Shown here one piece after another: positions 49,922-60,573 of a DNA stretch of 64,000 nucleotides. The notes below the pieces were generated by a model. It had not been told where the DNA came from, did no database searches, and saw nothing but the letters and a program-made list of their open reading frames with translations. The first letter of the stretch is position 1. Every line of letters begins with the position of its first letter. The DNA comes from an uncultured delta proteobacterium. GTDB taxonomy: Bacteria > Desulfobacterota > Binatia > UBA9968. The stretch lies in contig CAVTUQ010000012.1 in the NCBI GenBank assembly GCA_963737905.1, positions 1-64,000 of the forward strand, in the 5' to 3' direction. The position numbers and the translations under genes are program-made.

Positions 49922-50638
49922 ATGTTTACTGACAAAATTGAGCTCAAGGATGTTGATAAGATGGATCCCGAATACAAAGACCTTCTAGGTCGCGTCCTGA
50001 CCATTCAGGCGGACTGCGAGATCGGCGGCCCGCATCTTTACGTGCAGAAAATGCTGCCGGCGGCACCGACAAAACTCGATCAGCTTATCGTCGCTCGGAC
50101 GGCGGCGGAAGAAATCGACCATTTTCGCAAGGTAGCGCGGGTGGCCGGCGACATCGGCATCGACGTCTCGTTTGTGCTGAGCCAACCCAACGAAAAGCGT
50201 TTCGTGGACGCGTTTCGCGGTCTCATAACGACCTGGGAGGACAACGCCGTCTTTGGTTTTTTGATCGACCGGGTCGGACGATATCAGTTGGAAGAATTCT
50301 ACGATTGCAGCTATCTGCCGCTGCAGCGCATTCTCCCGGACATCGTCACCGAGGAGCTGGGGCATATCGAGTACGGTTATAACAAGACAATGGAATTGCT
50401 CTCGAAGGGTGACGAGCAAAAGGAGCGGGTACAGAAAGCCATCGATTATTGGTACGTTCGCGCGCTCGACATGTTCGGGCGCAGCGGCTCAAGCCGTGCC
50501 GAGCGTTACCGCTACTGGGGACTCAAACGACGCGCCAATGAACAGGCTCGGGAGGATTACATGAAAGAGGTCAACCCGATCCTCGAGAAAATGGGACTCA
50601 AAATCCCCGATCCATTCAAAGGCCGTCACTATATCTGA
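49922..50638 (+). CDS. PaaA/BoxB-like ferritin-fold di-iron protein (stand-alone)
   Basis: QADCE, EEIDH, DRVG, EELGH, ALDMFG, WGLK. Confidence 0.8.
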   Translation: MFTDKIELKDVDKMDPEYKDLLGRVLTIQADCEIGGPHLYVQKMLPAAPTKLDQLIVARTAAEEIDHFRKVARVAGDIGIDVSFVLSQPNEKRFVDAFRGLITTWEDNAVFGFLIDRVGRYQLEEFYDCSYLPLQRILPDIVTEELGHIEYGYNKTMELLSKGDEQKERVQKAIDYWYVRALDMFGRSGSSRAERYRYWGLKRRANEQAREDYMKEVNPILEKMGLKIPDPFKGRHYI

Positions 50639-50654
50639 CCGGCACGGAGGTTAT

Positions 50655-50846
50655 ATGCCACAAGCAGCACCTAACATTGAAAAGCTCGATGAGCATCTAA
50701 TGGAGGTTGTACGCGCCCTGCATAGCGCGGTTAAACAGGGAGTGTCCCACTCGAACGACTCAACAGTCGTGGACAATACGATTCGGGATTGTAAAGAGAT
50801 CCTGGATGTTATCATGGCTGGAAACGTTTCGGAGTGGATGAGTTGA
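50655..50846 (+). CDS. Small hypothetical protein
   Basis: GGAGG RBS, operonic position. Confidence 0.65.
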   Translation: MPQAAPNIEKLDEHLMEVVRALHSAVKQGVSHSNDSTVVDNTIRDCKEILDVIMAGNVSEWMS

Positions 50847-50884
50847 GGCCCACGAGATAACGACGGGCCGAAGGAATCGTCAAA

Positions 50885-51400
50885 ATGAGCGATCCACAAG
50901 TCTTCTATTACGAAACAGAAATCGAGTGGACGAAAGAAAAAGAGGGGCAAATCTGCGGACCAAGCCTGCCAGCGGTTACCGTCGGAGCGCCGCCAGAATT
51001 CAAGGGACGTGAAGGGAACTGGTCCCCCGAACATCTCTTTGTAGCTTCATTGAACACCTGCTTTATGCTTACATTCCTTGCCATCGCGGAAAATTCCAAG
51101 GTGGCCCTGTTCAGTTTCTCTTCGACAGCCAAGGGTAAGCTGGAGAGAGTGCCGGGAAGCAATTATCAAATAACCGAGATCGTGGTTAAACCGAGAGTAG
51201 TGATCGCTTCTGTCAGTGATTTGGGCCGGATGCCACGAATTTTGGAGAAGGCTAAAGAAAATTGTTTCGTTTCCAACTCGATCAAGAGCGCCATTAAGAT
51301 AGAGCCGGAAGTCTTTCACCATCAGACACAGACGTCTCCTTGTCCTCTTGGAGAAGTTCCGGGCTCCGGCGGTTCGGCTTCAAAGATGAAGCCTGAATAG
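50885..51400 (+). CDS. OsmC/Ohr-family protein
   Basis: PPEFKG...WSPEHLF..SLNTC, CFVSNS. Confidence 0.88.
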   Translation: MSDPQVFYYETEIEWTKEKEGQICGPSLPAVTVGAPPEFKGREGNWSPEHLFVASLNTCFMLTFLAIAENSKVALFSFSSTAKGKLERVPGSNYQITEIVVKPRVVIASVSDLGRMPRILEKAKENCFVSNSIKSAIKIEPEVFHHQTQTSPCPLGEVPGSGGSASKMKPE

Positions 51401-51453
51401 ATGAGTTTATGGACCAGATCGTGCTCAAACCCACAAAAAGGAGGGGAGACGAA

Positions 51454-51918
51454 ATGAAAGGCATGAAAGTTTTGCTGTCTATTGGGGCGATAGCATTGTT
51501 GTTTGCGACGACCGATTCTTTTGCCCAGAGAGGACCAGGGATGATGTGGCGCGGCAGTGGTGGTTGGGGACCGGGATCTCCTTACAACAGGATGTATGAT
51601 CCCAAAACCGTCGAAACTGTGACTGGGGAAGTCGTCAGTATTTCCCAAATCACTCCTAACAAGGGAATGGGTGCCGGGGTTTACATGACTTTGAACACCG
51701 GCAAAGAAACTATCTCGGTCCATCTCGGTCCCAGCTGGTACCTGGAGAACCAGGACGTGAAAATCGAGGCCAAAGACAAGATTGAAGTGAAAGGCTCCAA
51801 GATCACTTTCAATGGCAAGCCGGCCATCATCGCCATGGAAGTGAAAAAAGGCGATGAGGTGTTCAAGCTGCGCGACGACGCGGGATTCCCGGTTTGGGCC
51901 GGTTGGCGCCGAGGCTAA
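51454..51918 (+). CDS. Exported OB-fold protein (MamS/MamX-like domain)
   Basis: Signal peptide; YDPKTVETVTG, VHLGPSWYL, LRDDAGFPVW. Confidence 0.75.
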   Translation: MKGMKVLLSIGAIALLFATTDSFAQRGPGMMWRGSGGWGPGSPYNRMYDPKTVETVTGEVVSISQITPNKGMGAGVYMTLNTGKETISVHLGPSWYLENQDVKIEAKDKIEVKGSKITFNGKPAIIAMEVKKGDEVFKLRDDAGFPVWAGWRRG

Positions 51919-51923
51919 CTCAC

Positions 51924-52030
51924 ATGATGCGTCGCGCTCTATTCGGGAGTGTTTCAGAACAGGTCTTTGGGAGTGTGGCGGAGAGGACACTCCAGATATG
52001 GCGACTGTCCCGTACCAGTCGTGAAAAAAC
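51924..52030 (+). pseudogene. USP C-terminal remnant
   Basis: RRALFGSVSEQV / GSVAERTL fragments. Confidence 0.4.
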
Positions 52031-52091
52031 AATCGTCATTGCCGAGCCGAACGAGGCGAATGGATTTCTCCTTTCGCTTCCTCGGTCTGTT

Positions 52092-54838
52092 TCATTTTTT
52101 TGGTTTTTCTAAAGGCTCAACCCGAATTCGCGCATCGACAACGGAACAACCCTGTCCCGGTGACAGGGCAAATACGGGATTAAGATCTAACTCAGAGATT
52201 TCGGGGACTTCTTCAACCAGGCGAGCGATTCGGAGCAATAGTTCTTCGATGGCCCCGATGTCCGCAGGCGGGTGACCGCGATACCCCTCCAAGAGAGGAT
52301 AGCCGCGGATGCTGCAGACCATTTCCTTGGCGTCCTGATCCGTGATAGGGGTGACGCGAAAGCATACATCGCGCAGAATCTCTACATGAATACCGCCCAG
52401 CCCGAAACCTATCAGCGGCCCGAACGAGGGATCCTGGGTAATCCCGATCATAAGCTCCACACCATCTGAGATCATGGGTTGCACCAAGACACCATCCATG
52501 ACGCCCACGCCCTTCACTTTTGCAAGCCGCTCTTGAATGGTTGCAAAGGCCAGGCGTACCGCCGCTTCATTCTCTAGATTCAGTTGAACGCCGCCAATCT
52601 CCGTTTTATGAAGGACACGGCTGGAAGCCAATTTTACCGCTACAGGGAAACCTATCTCCTTCGCTGCTTTCGCAGCTTCATCGGCCGTACGACAAACAGC
52701 AGTCTGAGGTAACGATACGGCGAATGCTGCAAGAACAGTACGAATCTCTTCAGCGGATAGCCAGCATGCTCCGCCTCGATGAAGAGCGCTCTGGCAAAGA
52801 AAACGCGCAGAGTTCGGCTGAATGTCGTCGAATTCGGGGATCACGCCCTCGGATTTGTTGCGCCACTCAGCGTAGGTCGCCATCTTGCTCAACACCCGTG
52901 CTGGAGTTTCGGGAAACGCGAAATTCGGTATTCGTTCGCCGTCGATGGCCAGTGGTTTTGTTGGCACCGCAGATGCCATGATGCAGGTGTAGACGGGTTT
53001 CATCATCTTTGCTCTCTTGCGGGCCATGGCGACTCCGGTCGTGATACCTCGGACAATCGCCTTCGGATCCGTAAGAGCTACATCGATGTACAATACAATA
53101 AGGGCGTCGATCTCATCGCAAGAGAGTAGAACCTCAATTGCTTTATGAAAGTGATCCGGGCCGGCAGATGCAATCATATCTACCGGATTCATCACACTCG
53201 CGGCCGCGGGCAGGAATTGGCGCAGAACGGTTTTTGTTCTATCCCCGAGTTCGGGCACGCTGAGACCACCCGCTTCACAGCTATCGGCGCACAGAATGCC
53301 AAGCCCGCCCGCATTCGTGAGAATCGCAACACGCCGCCCTCGCGGCAGAAGTTGCTGGTCGAGTGCAGTGGCAAGATCAAACATCTCATCCAGTGTTTCG
53401 GCCCGAATAACGCCGGTTTGGTGAAATAGCGCATCCACAGCCACATCGCTAGCGGCCAACGCCGCAGTATGGGAACCGGCGGCCCGCCGCCCTGCGCCGG
53501 TGCGCCCGGCTTTAACGGCCACGATCGGCTTACGATGAGCGACGCGCTTGGCGATTCGGGCAAATCGCCTCGGGTTACCAAAAGATTCGAGATAGAGGAG
53601 AATGACACCCGTCTGCGGATCTTCTTCCCAATACTGCAACAAGTCGTTGCCCGAAACGTCTGATTTGTTGCCCACGCTGATGAAGTGGGACACGCCCAGT
53701 TCGTGCTCGCCGGATAAAGAAAGAATAGCGAGCCCGAGGGCACCGCTCTGGGATGAAAACGCGATGCGACCCGAACGTGGAAAAAAAGCAGAAAAAGAAG
53801 CATTCAAGTTGACAGCAGGGTCAGTATTGATCAGGCCTAGGCAGTTCGGTCCCACGATGCGCATACCGTAGCCGCGAACTTTCTCAACAAGCTTGCGCTG
53901 CAGTTTACTGCCTTCAACTCCGGTCTCTGCAAAGCCTGCTGTGACGACGACAACAGCTTTGACCCCTCGTGTCGCGCAATCGTCGATGACCGGAAGCACG
54001 GCGTCTCGTGGCACTGTAATAACCGCAAGATCGGGTGCTTCAGGGAGAACGGCCACCGACCGATACGCGGTGAGCGAAGCGATTGAACTGGCGTGGGGGT
54101 TGATCGGGTAAATTGCACCGCGAAAACCAGCGGCAATCAGCGCCTGCAGGACTCGACTGCCGACGCTGTCGGGATTGCGCGAGGCTCCCACGACAGCAAC
54201 GGCCCGGGGATGAAAAAAAGGGTGTAGAGAGGCGACGGTTGAGATGCGATCGCGGATCTCGGCGCGTGCGACGCTGGCCTCAGTCGGAAGAACGGAAAAA
54301 TCAATTTCGACGTAATTGTTGTCGGCGTGGCTATGACATTCAAATCCTGAGTTTCGGAACACATCCAACATGAGCTGGTTCTCCGCCATCGTGACCGCCC
54401 AGAAACGACGCAGTCCGTTAGATGCAGCTAAAAGGGACAATCGTTCGAGTAGAAGTGTGCCGATACCTTTCCCTTGAAATTCGTCATCGACTGCCATGGC
54501 GATTTCGGCTGTTGTTTCGTTCACTGCCGCATAGTTTCCCGTAGCGATGATTCGAGGGCTGTTTCCGGATGCGCGGGTGACCACAAGGCTGAGTCGTTTG
54601 TGCGGGTCAGAATCATCACAAAAGCCATCGATCATTTTAGCGTTTGGTCTCGCCAGCCCGAAGAAGCGATAGTGCTTGGAGCTTTAGAGAGAGAGACGAA
54701 AAATTTTGTCATCGCGCTTCTGTCTGACGGATGAGCGATGTGGATCGCCGCGGTCGTTCCATCGCGCAATATGAGTCGCCCTGCGTCAGGCGAGTCCTGA
54801 TATGGCAGCGGTAGATACCGTGAACGAACGGAAGCCAC
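52092..54838 (-). CDS. Protein lysine acetyltransferase Pat-type (GNAT + CoA-binding + ATP-grasp), frameshifted near 54640-54690
   Basis: LILRDGT, FQGKGIGTLLL, GPNCLG, SQSGALG, YLESFG, HKTEIGGV, LDLNP. Confidence 0.87.
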
Positions 54839-55040
54839 GATTTTTCCTAGGCCTTTCCTCTACCATTTGCAACCAGGTCCCTTCGGAATTCTCATCGCAA
54901 TGCAGACCTGAAATTTCCACAACACTTGTTACGATCAGCGCATTCTTAAACGTAGGAAACTTTCGCGGCGGCTTTTGCAGCGGTGCGAAGGAAACCGCTC
55001 CAGGATTTAGAAAAGGCAGCGAAATCCGCACACCGAGCCG

Positions 55041-55055
55041 CGGCACGGCGGTTGC
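55041..55055 (+). promoter_or_regulatory. sigma54 promoter for DASS transporter
   Basis: CGGCACGGCGGTTGC. Confidence 0.7.
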
Positions 55056-55091
55056 GTTATAGGCAAAGCAGAACCGCTTGGGGAGGTATTT

Positions 55092-56584
55092 ATGAGCAAG
55101 ACGATGACAACAAAGGTGGAACATCTCGGAGCCGGAGTTCTGACGCTACCGAAGAAAGAAGCGCACCCGCTGGGCAATTACTGGAAGGCGTTAGTGCCGA
55201 TTGTGGTGGGAGTGGTGCTGCTACTGCTGCCGATACCCGAAGGTCTGAAACCGAATGCCTGGTACTACTTCGCGCTATTCGTGGCGGTCATCATCGCGTT
55301 GATTCTTGAACCGATTCCGGCGGCGGCAGTGGGACTGATCGGTGTTACCGCTGCCACGGTTTCGCTACTAGTGGTTCCCAAACCTGCCGATGCCATCAAG
55401 TGGGCGCTCTCGGGATTCCAGGACGGCACCGTCTGGTTGATCTTCGTCGCTTTCATGTTTGCCTTGGGCTATGAGAAGACCGGGTTAGGTCGCCGCGTTG
55501 CGCTGAGCCTGGTGAAAAGGTTGGGCAAGAAAACTCTTGGCCTTGGTTACGCAGTCGCCTTGGCGGATCTCGTCCTGGCTCCCTTTACTCCGTCCAATAC
55601 GGCTCGCAGCGGCGGGACGATTTTTCCAGTGATCAAAAATATTCCGCCGCTCTACGGCTCCGAGCCGGGACCGACGGCGCGTAAGATCGGTTCTTACATC
55701 ATGTGGACCGCCTTTGCGACCACGTGCTTAACCAGTGCTATGTTCTTGACTGCTTTGGCCCCCAACCTTTTGGCGTTGTCGCTGGTCAGAACGATAGCGA
55801 AGGTCGATATTAGCTGGACCGACTGGTTCATGGGTATCATGCCGGTGGGCGTGCTGTTGTTCGTCTTATTGCCGCTGATCGTTTACAAGATCTATCCGCC
55901 GGAGCTCAAGAGCAGTCCCGATGTGCCAATCTGGGCGGCAGAAGAACTCAAAAAAATGGGCCGGCTCAGCGTAAGAGAGATTTCGATGGCGCTGCTGGCG
56001 TTGCTCGCCCTCGGCCTCTGGATCTTCGGCGGCGACTTAATCAACGCAACCACCGTCGCGCTGTTGGTGTTGTCGTTGATGGTCATGACAAGGATCGTCG
56101 AATGGGACGACGTGCTCGCGCATAAACAGGCCTGGAACGTGCTCGTTTGGTTCGCCACCCTGGTCACCATGGCGGACGGTCTGAACAAGGTCGGCTTTCT
56201 CAAATGGTTCGCCGGCGGCGCGGCGGGCGCGCTGAGCGGTTACTCCGTGATGACGATCGTCGTGGCGCTCACCGTCGTCTACTTCGTCGTGCACTATATG
56301 TTCGCGAGCCTCACTGCTCACACCACGGCGTTGCTGCCGGTTCTCTTGACGGCTGCGATTGCCGTGCCGGAAATGCCGGTCAAGCTGATCGCGCTGCTGT
56401 TCTGCTATACGCTCGGTTTGATGGGCATCATCTCGCCCTATGCTACCGGTCCCGGCCCGATCTATTACGGAAGCGGTATATTAGCCGGAAAGATTTCTGG
56501 ACTCTTAGTTTGATTTTCGGAGCGATTTACCTGGCGGTGCTGCTGCTGGTCGGCGTGCCCTATCTCCGCTTCTTCCTGGGCTAA
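55092..56584 (+). CDS. DASS di/tricarboxylate antiporter (CitT/TtdT-like); frameshift near 56480
   Basis: PSNTARSGG, FASLTAH, PYATGP.PIYYGSG. Confidence 0.9.
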
Positions 56585-56691
56585 GAGTGGGACGATTTTT
56601 GGAGGCGGAGCTCGCGAATATTAGCCGCGAGTTCCGCCCCAACCTGTGCAATCTCCTTGAACCGGAACTCGATCACCTTTACATTGCGCGC

Positions 56692-57939
56692 ATGGAACTC
56701 CTTCAGCGACTCGGGTTGGCGCTTGTCATCGGCTTATTGATTGGCGCGGAACGAGGATGGCAGGAGCGCTCTGCCATCGAGGGAGAGCGAGTTGCGGGGA
56801 TCCGCACCTTCGGGCTTCTCGATTTGTTGGGCGGCCTGTGGGCGCTTCTAGCCAAGAACTGGGAACTATTCTTCTCGGGTTTTCTTTTCTCGCCGTGACA
56901 CTGCTGATGATCGTTGCCCATTTTCTGGATGTCCGTGCGGATCGAGATGTTGAAAACACAGACAGTCAAAGCGGGATTGCTGACCTTTGTCTGGAAGATA
57001 CGCCGTGAAAGGTCACGAAGCCCTGGCGGCTGCCGGAGCCATAATTACAGCGGTCATTTTGAGTCTAAAGTCTTTTCTTCACGGATGGCTCAAGAAGCTG
57101 GAAGAAAGCGAGCTATTTGCAGCCCTCAAGCTCCTCCTGATTTCAGTCGTGATCTTGCCTTGGTTGCCGGATCGCGGTTACGGCCCCTGGAACGCTGTCA
57201 ACCCTTACGAAATTTGGTGGTTTGTCGACTTGGTCGCCGGAATCTCGTTTGCAGGATACGTCGCTATAAAGTTGCCGGCGCGAGGAGAGGAATTCTATTG
57301 ACGGGTGTGCTTGGTGGCATGGTTTCCTCGACGGCGGTTACGCTGAACTTCGCGCGGCTAGCTGAGAAAGAGAACATCCGACCCCTGTTATGTGCCGGCA
57401 TGCTGTTGGCCGCGGCTGTGATGTTTCCTCGCATCGTGTTCGAGGTAGCTGTCGTAAACCCTCAGCTTCTTGGATCCCTCGCGCCGATCTTAAGTCTCAT
57501 GACGCTGACGATGCTTGGGGGTGCCGTGTGGTTTTGGCGTCAGTATCATGGTGACTCGGCAAGCACAGAACTATCAATCCGCAACCCCGTGGAACTTCTG
57601 CCGGCTCTCCAATTCGGCTTATTTTTGGCGTTTATTCTCTTGCTGGGTAAGGGTCTGGTTTCCTGGGTGGGAGAAGCCGGAATATACGCATTAGCGGCCC
57701 TCTCCGGCCTCGCCGACGTGGATGCGATCACCCTATCCGTGTCGCGCATGGCGAAAGATAGCCTGTCGAGTCAGACCGCGGTCAATGCAATTGTCCTGGC
57801 ATCTATGGTGAACAGTTTAACCAAGGGTGTCCTGGCTATGGTTGTTGCCGGTAGTAAGACCGGGCTGAAGATTCTGATTCCTATGCTCGGAGCAGCGATC
57901 CTCGGAGCATTAGGTATTGCCTGGAGAGTGCATGAATAG
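56692..57939 (+). CDS. MgtC/SapB + DUF4010 membrane protein, frameshifted
   Basis: LIGAERGW...AGIRTF; GGMVSSTAVT; SGLADVDAITLS. Confidence 0.82.
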
Positions 57940-58068
57940 GGAAGAGCTCAAAGGGGTACTGAGGAAAGTGACTTGACATCACTTTGGGTGATTGGGTCGA
58001 TAACCTAATGGCCAAAGACTAGTCGGTTTCTTGACAAGGATTTGCATCCTTAAGGCTGTCTGTCAAGT

Positions 58069-59271
58069 CTAAATATTGATCCGGAAGCCATCTTTGCGCA
58101 GCCCTTCACGTAACCGTGCTATATGATCCGGGCCGGTTGTTTCGAGGATTAATTCGACTTCGGTCTCGTTGATCGCAACTTCCCCGAAACCCCGGGTCTG
58201 GCCGATTTGCAGAATATTGACACCCAGCTCTGCGATCCGGTGGGTGAGTCGTGCAAGCGCGCCCGGTCGGTCGGAAATTACAACGGAAAGTCTGCTCAGT
58301 CGCCCGTCTTGGATGAGGCCTTTTTCAATAATACGAGAAATCAAATTCATATCGATGTTGCCGCCGGAAATGACGACCCCGACGTTGCGGTTGGCCAGAG
58401 CGGTCTTCTTGCTAATGACCGCTGCGAGGGAGGCGGCCGCAGCTCCCTCCGCAACCGTCTTTTCGGTTTCCAAAAGCAACAGAACAGCGTTGGCTATTTC
58501 GCCTTCGCTCACCGTGACGATCTCGTCGATGTAATTTTTTGCCAATGCGAAGGGCGTTTCTCCGACTTCACGGACGGCGATGCCGTCTGCTATAGTCATC
58601 GCGGGTGGAAGACGAATTGGATGCCCTTTTTCCAAAGCCGCTTTCATGGATGGGACGGCTTCTGCTTGAACGCCGATGATTTGAATCTTCGGATTGAGCG
58701 TTTTGAGGACGAGACCGATGCCCGCAATCAATCCACCCCCGCCCACGGGCACCACAACCGCATCCAAGTCTGGATTTTGTTCGTAGAGTTCCAGCCCGAT
58801 GGTTCCCTGGCCCGCAACGACCCAGGGATCGTTGAAGGCGTGAATGAAGGTGAGTCCTTTTTCTTGGGCGAGGCGATGCGCTTCTGTGAAAGCAGCGTCA
58901 TAGTCGGTGCCGTGGAGCACGGTTTGGGCGCCATCATGCCGAACACGACTGACCTTGATGAGAGGAGCGTGAAGCGGCATGACAATCGTGGCCGAGATAT
59001 TTAGCCGCTGGCTGTGGAAAGCCAAGGCCATGCCGTGATTGCCGGCACTGGCGGCGATGACGCCACGCTTCGCTTCGTCTGGTGTCAACGTGAGTAGCCG
59101 ATTGAGCGCTCCGCGTTCCTTAAAGGAACCCGTCATCTGGAGATTCTCCAGCTTAAAAAAAACCCGATTTCCGGTCAATCGGCTGATGGTTTCTGAACAG
59201 GGAAAGGGCGAGAAATAGATTCGGTTTTGTATGCGTTCGCGCGCTTCTTCGACATCGACAAAGGTGATCAT
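58069..59271 (-). CDS. ilvA: Threonine ammonia-lyase with ACT domain
   Basis: ENLQMTGSFKERGA, SAGNH, GGGGL, SGGNID, DRPGAL. Confidence 0.93.
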   Translation of the reverse strand: MITFVDVEEARERIQNRIYFSPFPCSETISRLTGNRVFFKLENLQMTGSFKERGALNRLLTLTPDEAKRGVIAASAGNHGMALAFHSQRLNISATIVMPLHAPLIKVSRVRHDGAQTVLHGTDYDAAFTEAHRLAQEKGLTFIHAFNDPWVVAGQGTIGLELYEQNPDLDAVVVPVGGGGLIAGIGLVLKTLNPKIQIIGVQAEAVPSMKAALEKGHPIRLPPAMTIADGIAVREVGETPFALAKNYIDEIVTVSEGEIANAVLLLLETEKTVAEGAAAASLAAVISKKTALANRNVGVVISGGNIDMNLISRIIEKGLIQDGRLSRLSVVISDRPGALARLTHRIAELGVNILQIGQTRGFGEVAINETEVELILETTGPDHIARLREGLRKDGFRINI

Positions 59272-59352
59272 GGTAAGGCAAGGTTAGAATGAATAACCGG
59301 GCACATGCAAACGGGTTCACCGGAATTTGATTTGACTTGGAGAGAATGTCTG

Positions 59353-59367
59353 TGGCAAGGAGAATGC
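59353..59367 (+). promoter_or_regulatory. sigma54-like promoter
   Basis: TGGCAAGGAGAATGC. Confidence 0.5.
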
Positions 59368-59419
59368 TCGAAGACGAAGCGCAGATTTTGTTACCGCTGC
59401 TTATTAGACCGTATTGCTA

Positions 59420-60547
59420 ATGAAAGCTCAACAAAACACCGCTCAATCGGATGTTGCTCGCTATCAACAGAACTATCTCGTGGAGATGGATGGCATTGCG
59501 CTCTACCGTTCGATGGCCTCCGCCGAGAAGGATCAAAAGCGGGCGGCGATCTTTAAAAAACTTGCCGAAAACGAGGAACGCCACGCCCAACGCTGGGCGC
59601 GGCTGATTCAGTCGGCGGGCGGCATCGTGCCGAATTACCGTCCGAGCCTGCGGGTGCGCGCGCTGGGATGGCTGGCCCGCAGCTTCGGTACGCACCGGGT
59701 GGTTCCGATCATCAGCAGTTTGGAAGCGCGTGACGAGGCTGGCTATATGCATCAGCCGGAGGCAGAGGGTTTGCCCGCCGAAGAGCGGGCGCATAGCCGT
59801 ACGTTGTGGGCCATGTCGGGAGGCTCGTCCGGGCCTGCCTCTATCATCGGCACAGAACGTTGGCACTTCACATCGCGCGGCGGCAGCCTGCGCGCAGCCG
59901 TGTTCGGCATCAACGATGGTTTGGTGTCCAATTTCAGTCTGGTCATGGGCTTCGCCGGCGCGGAGGCAAAACCTGAATATGTGCTGCTCGCAGGCGTGGC
60001 GGGACTTCTTGCGGGTTCCTTCTCGATGGCCGCTGGGGAGTATGTCTCGATGCGGGCGCAACGGGAGTTGTTCGAGCAGCAGATCGCCATGGAGCAACAG
60101 GAGCTGGAGATGTCTCCCAAGGAAGAGGAAGAGGAGCTCTCGTTGATTTATCAGGCCAAAGGGATACCGGAAAAGGATGCAGCGTTGTTGGCTCGCCGCA
60201 TCGTCGAAAACCCGAAGACGGCCATCGATACCCTGGCGCGCGAGGAGTTGGGTTTAGATCCTTCCCAACTCGGCTCCCCATGGAGCGCGTCCGCAAGTTC
60301 TTTTGTGGCTTTCGTTGCCGGTGCCCTTGTCCCGGTGCTCCCTTATCTGTTCGTTGCCGGGCAAGCGGCATGGATCGCCAGCGCCGTGTTCAGTTGCCTT
60401 GCGCTGTTTGGAATCGGAGCCCTCCTTTCGATCTTTACCGCTCGCGGTCCGTTGCTGAGCGGTCTCAGGATGTTGCTGATCGGATTGCTGGCCTCCGGGA
60501 TTACTTACACGGTCGGCTGGTTGTTAGGGGTGTCCGTTGCTGGTTGA
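59420..60547 (+). CDS. VIT1/CCC1 iron transporter with N-terminal ferritin/rubrerythrin-like domain
   Basis: EERH, EERAH; LRAAVFGINDGLVSN; SMAAGEY. Confidence 0.9.
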   Translation: MKAQQNTAQSDVARYQQNYLVEMDGIALYRSMASAEKDQKRAAIFKKLAENEERHAQRWARLIQSAGGIVPNYRPSLRVRALGWLARSFGTHRVVPIISSLEARDEAGYMHQPEAEGLPAEERAHSRTLWAMSGGSSGPASIIGTERWHFTSRGGSLRAAVFGINDGLVSNFSLVMGFAGAEAKPEYVLLAGVAGLLAGSFSMAAGEYVSMRAQRELFEQQIAMEQQELEMSPKEEEEELSLIYQAKGIPEKDAALLARRIVENPKTAIDTLAREELGLDPSQLGSPWSASASSFVAFVAGALVPVLPYLFVAGQAAWIASAVFSCLALFGIGALLSIFTARGPLLSGLRMLLIGLLASGITYTVGWLLGVSVAG

Positions 60548-60573
60548 GAGCTAAGCACTGGGCACGGTAGCGG

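Noticed and set aside
51454-51918. Magnetosome gene
   Set aside because: The MamS-like OB domain is widespread; no mam cluster in window
51322-52032. 236-aa minus-strand ORF
   Set aside because: Antisense to the exported OB-fold gene, which has an RBS and signal peptide
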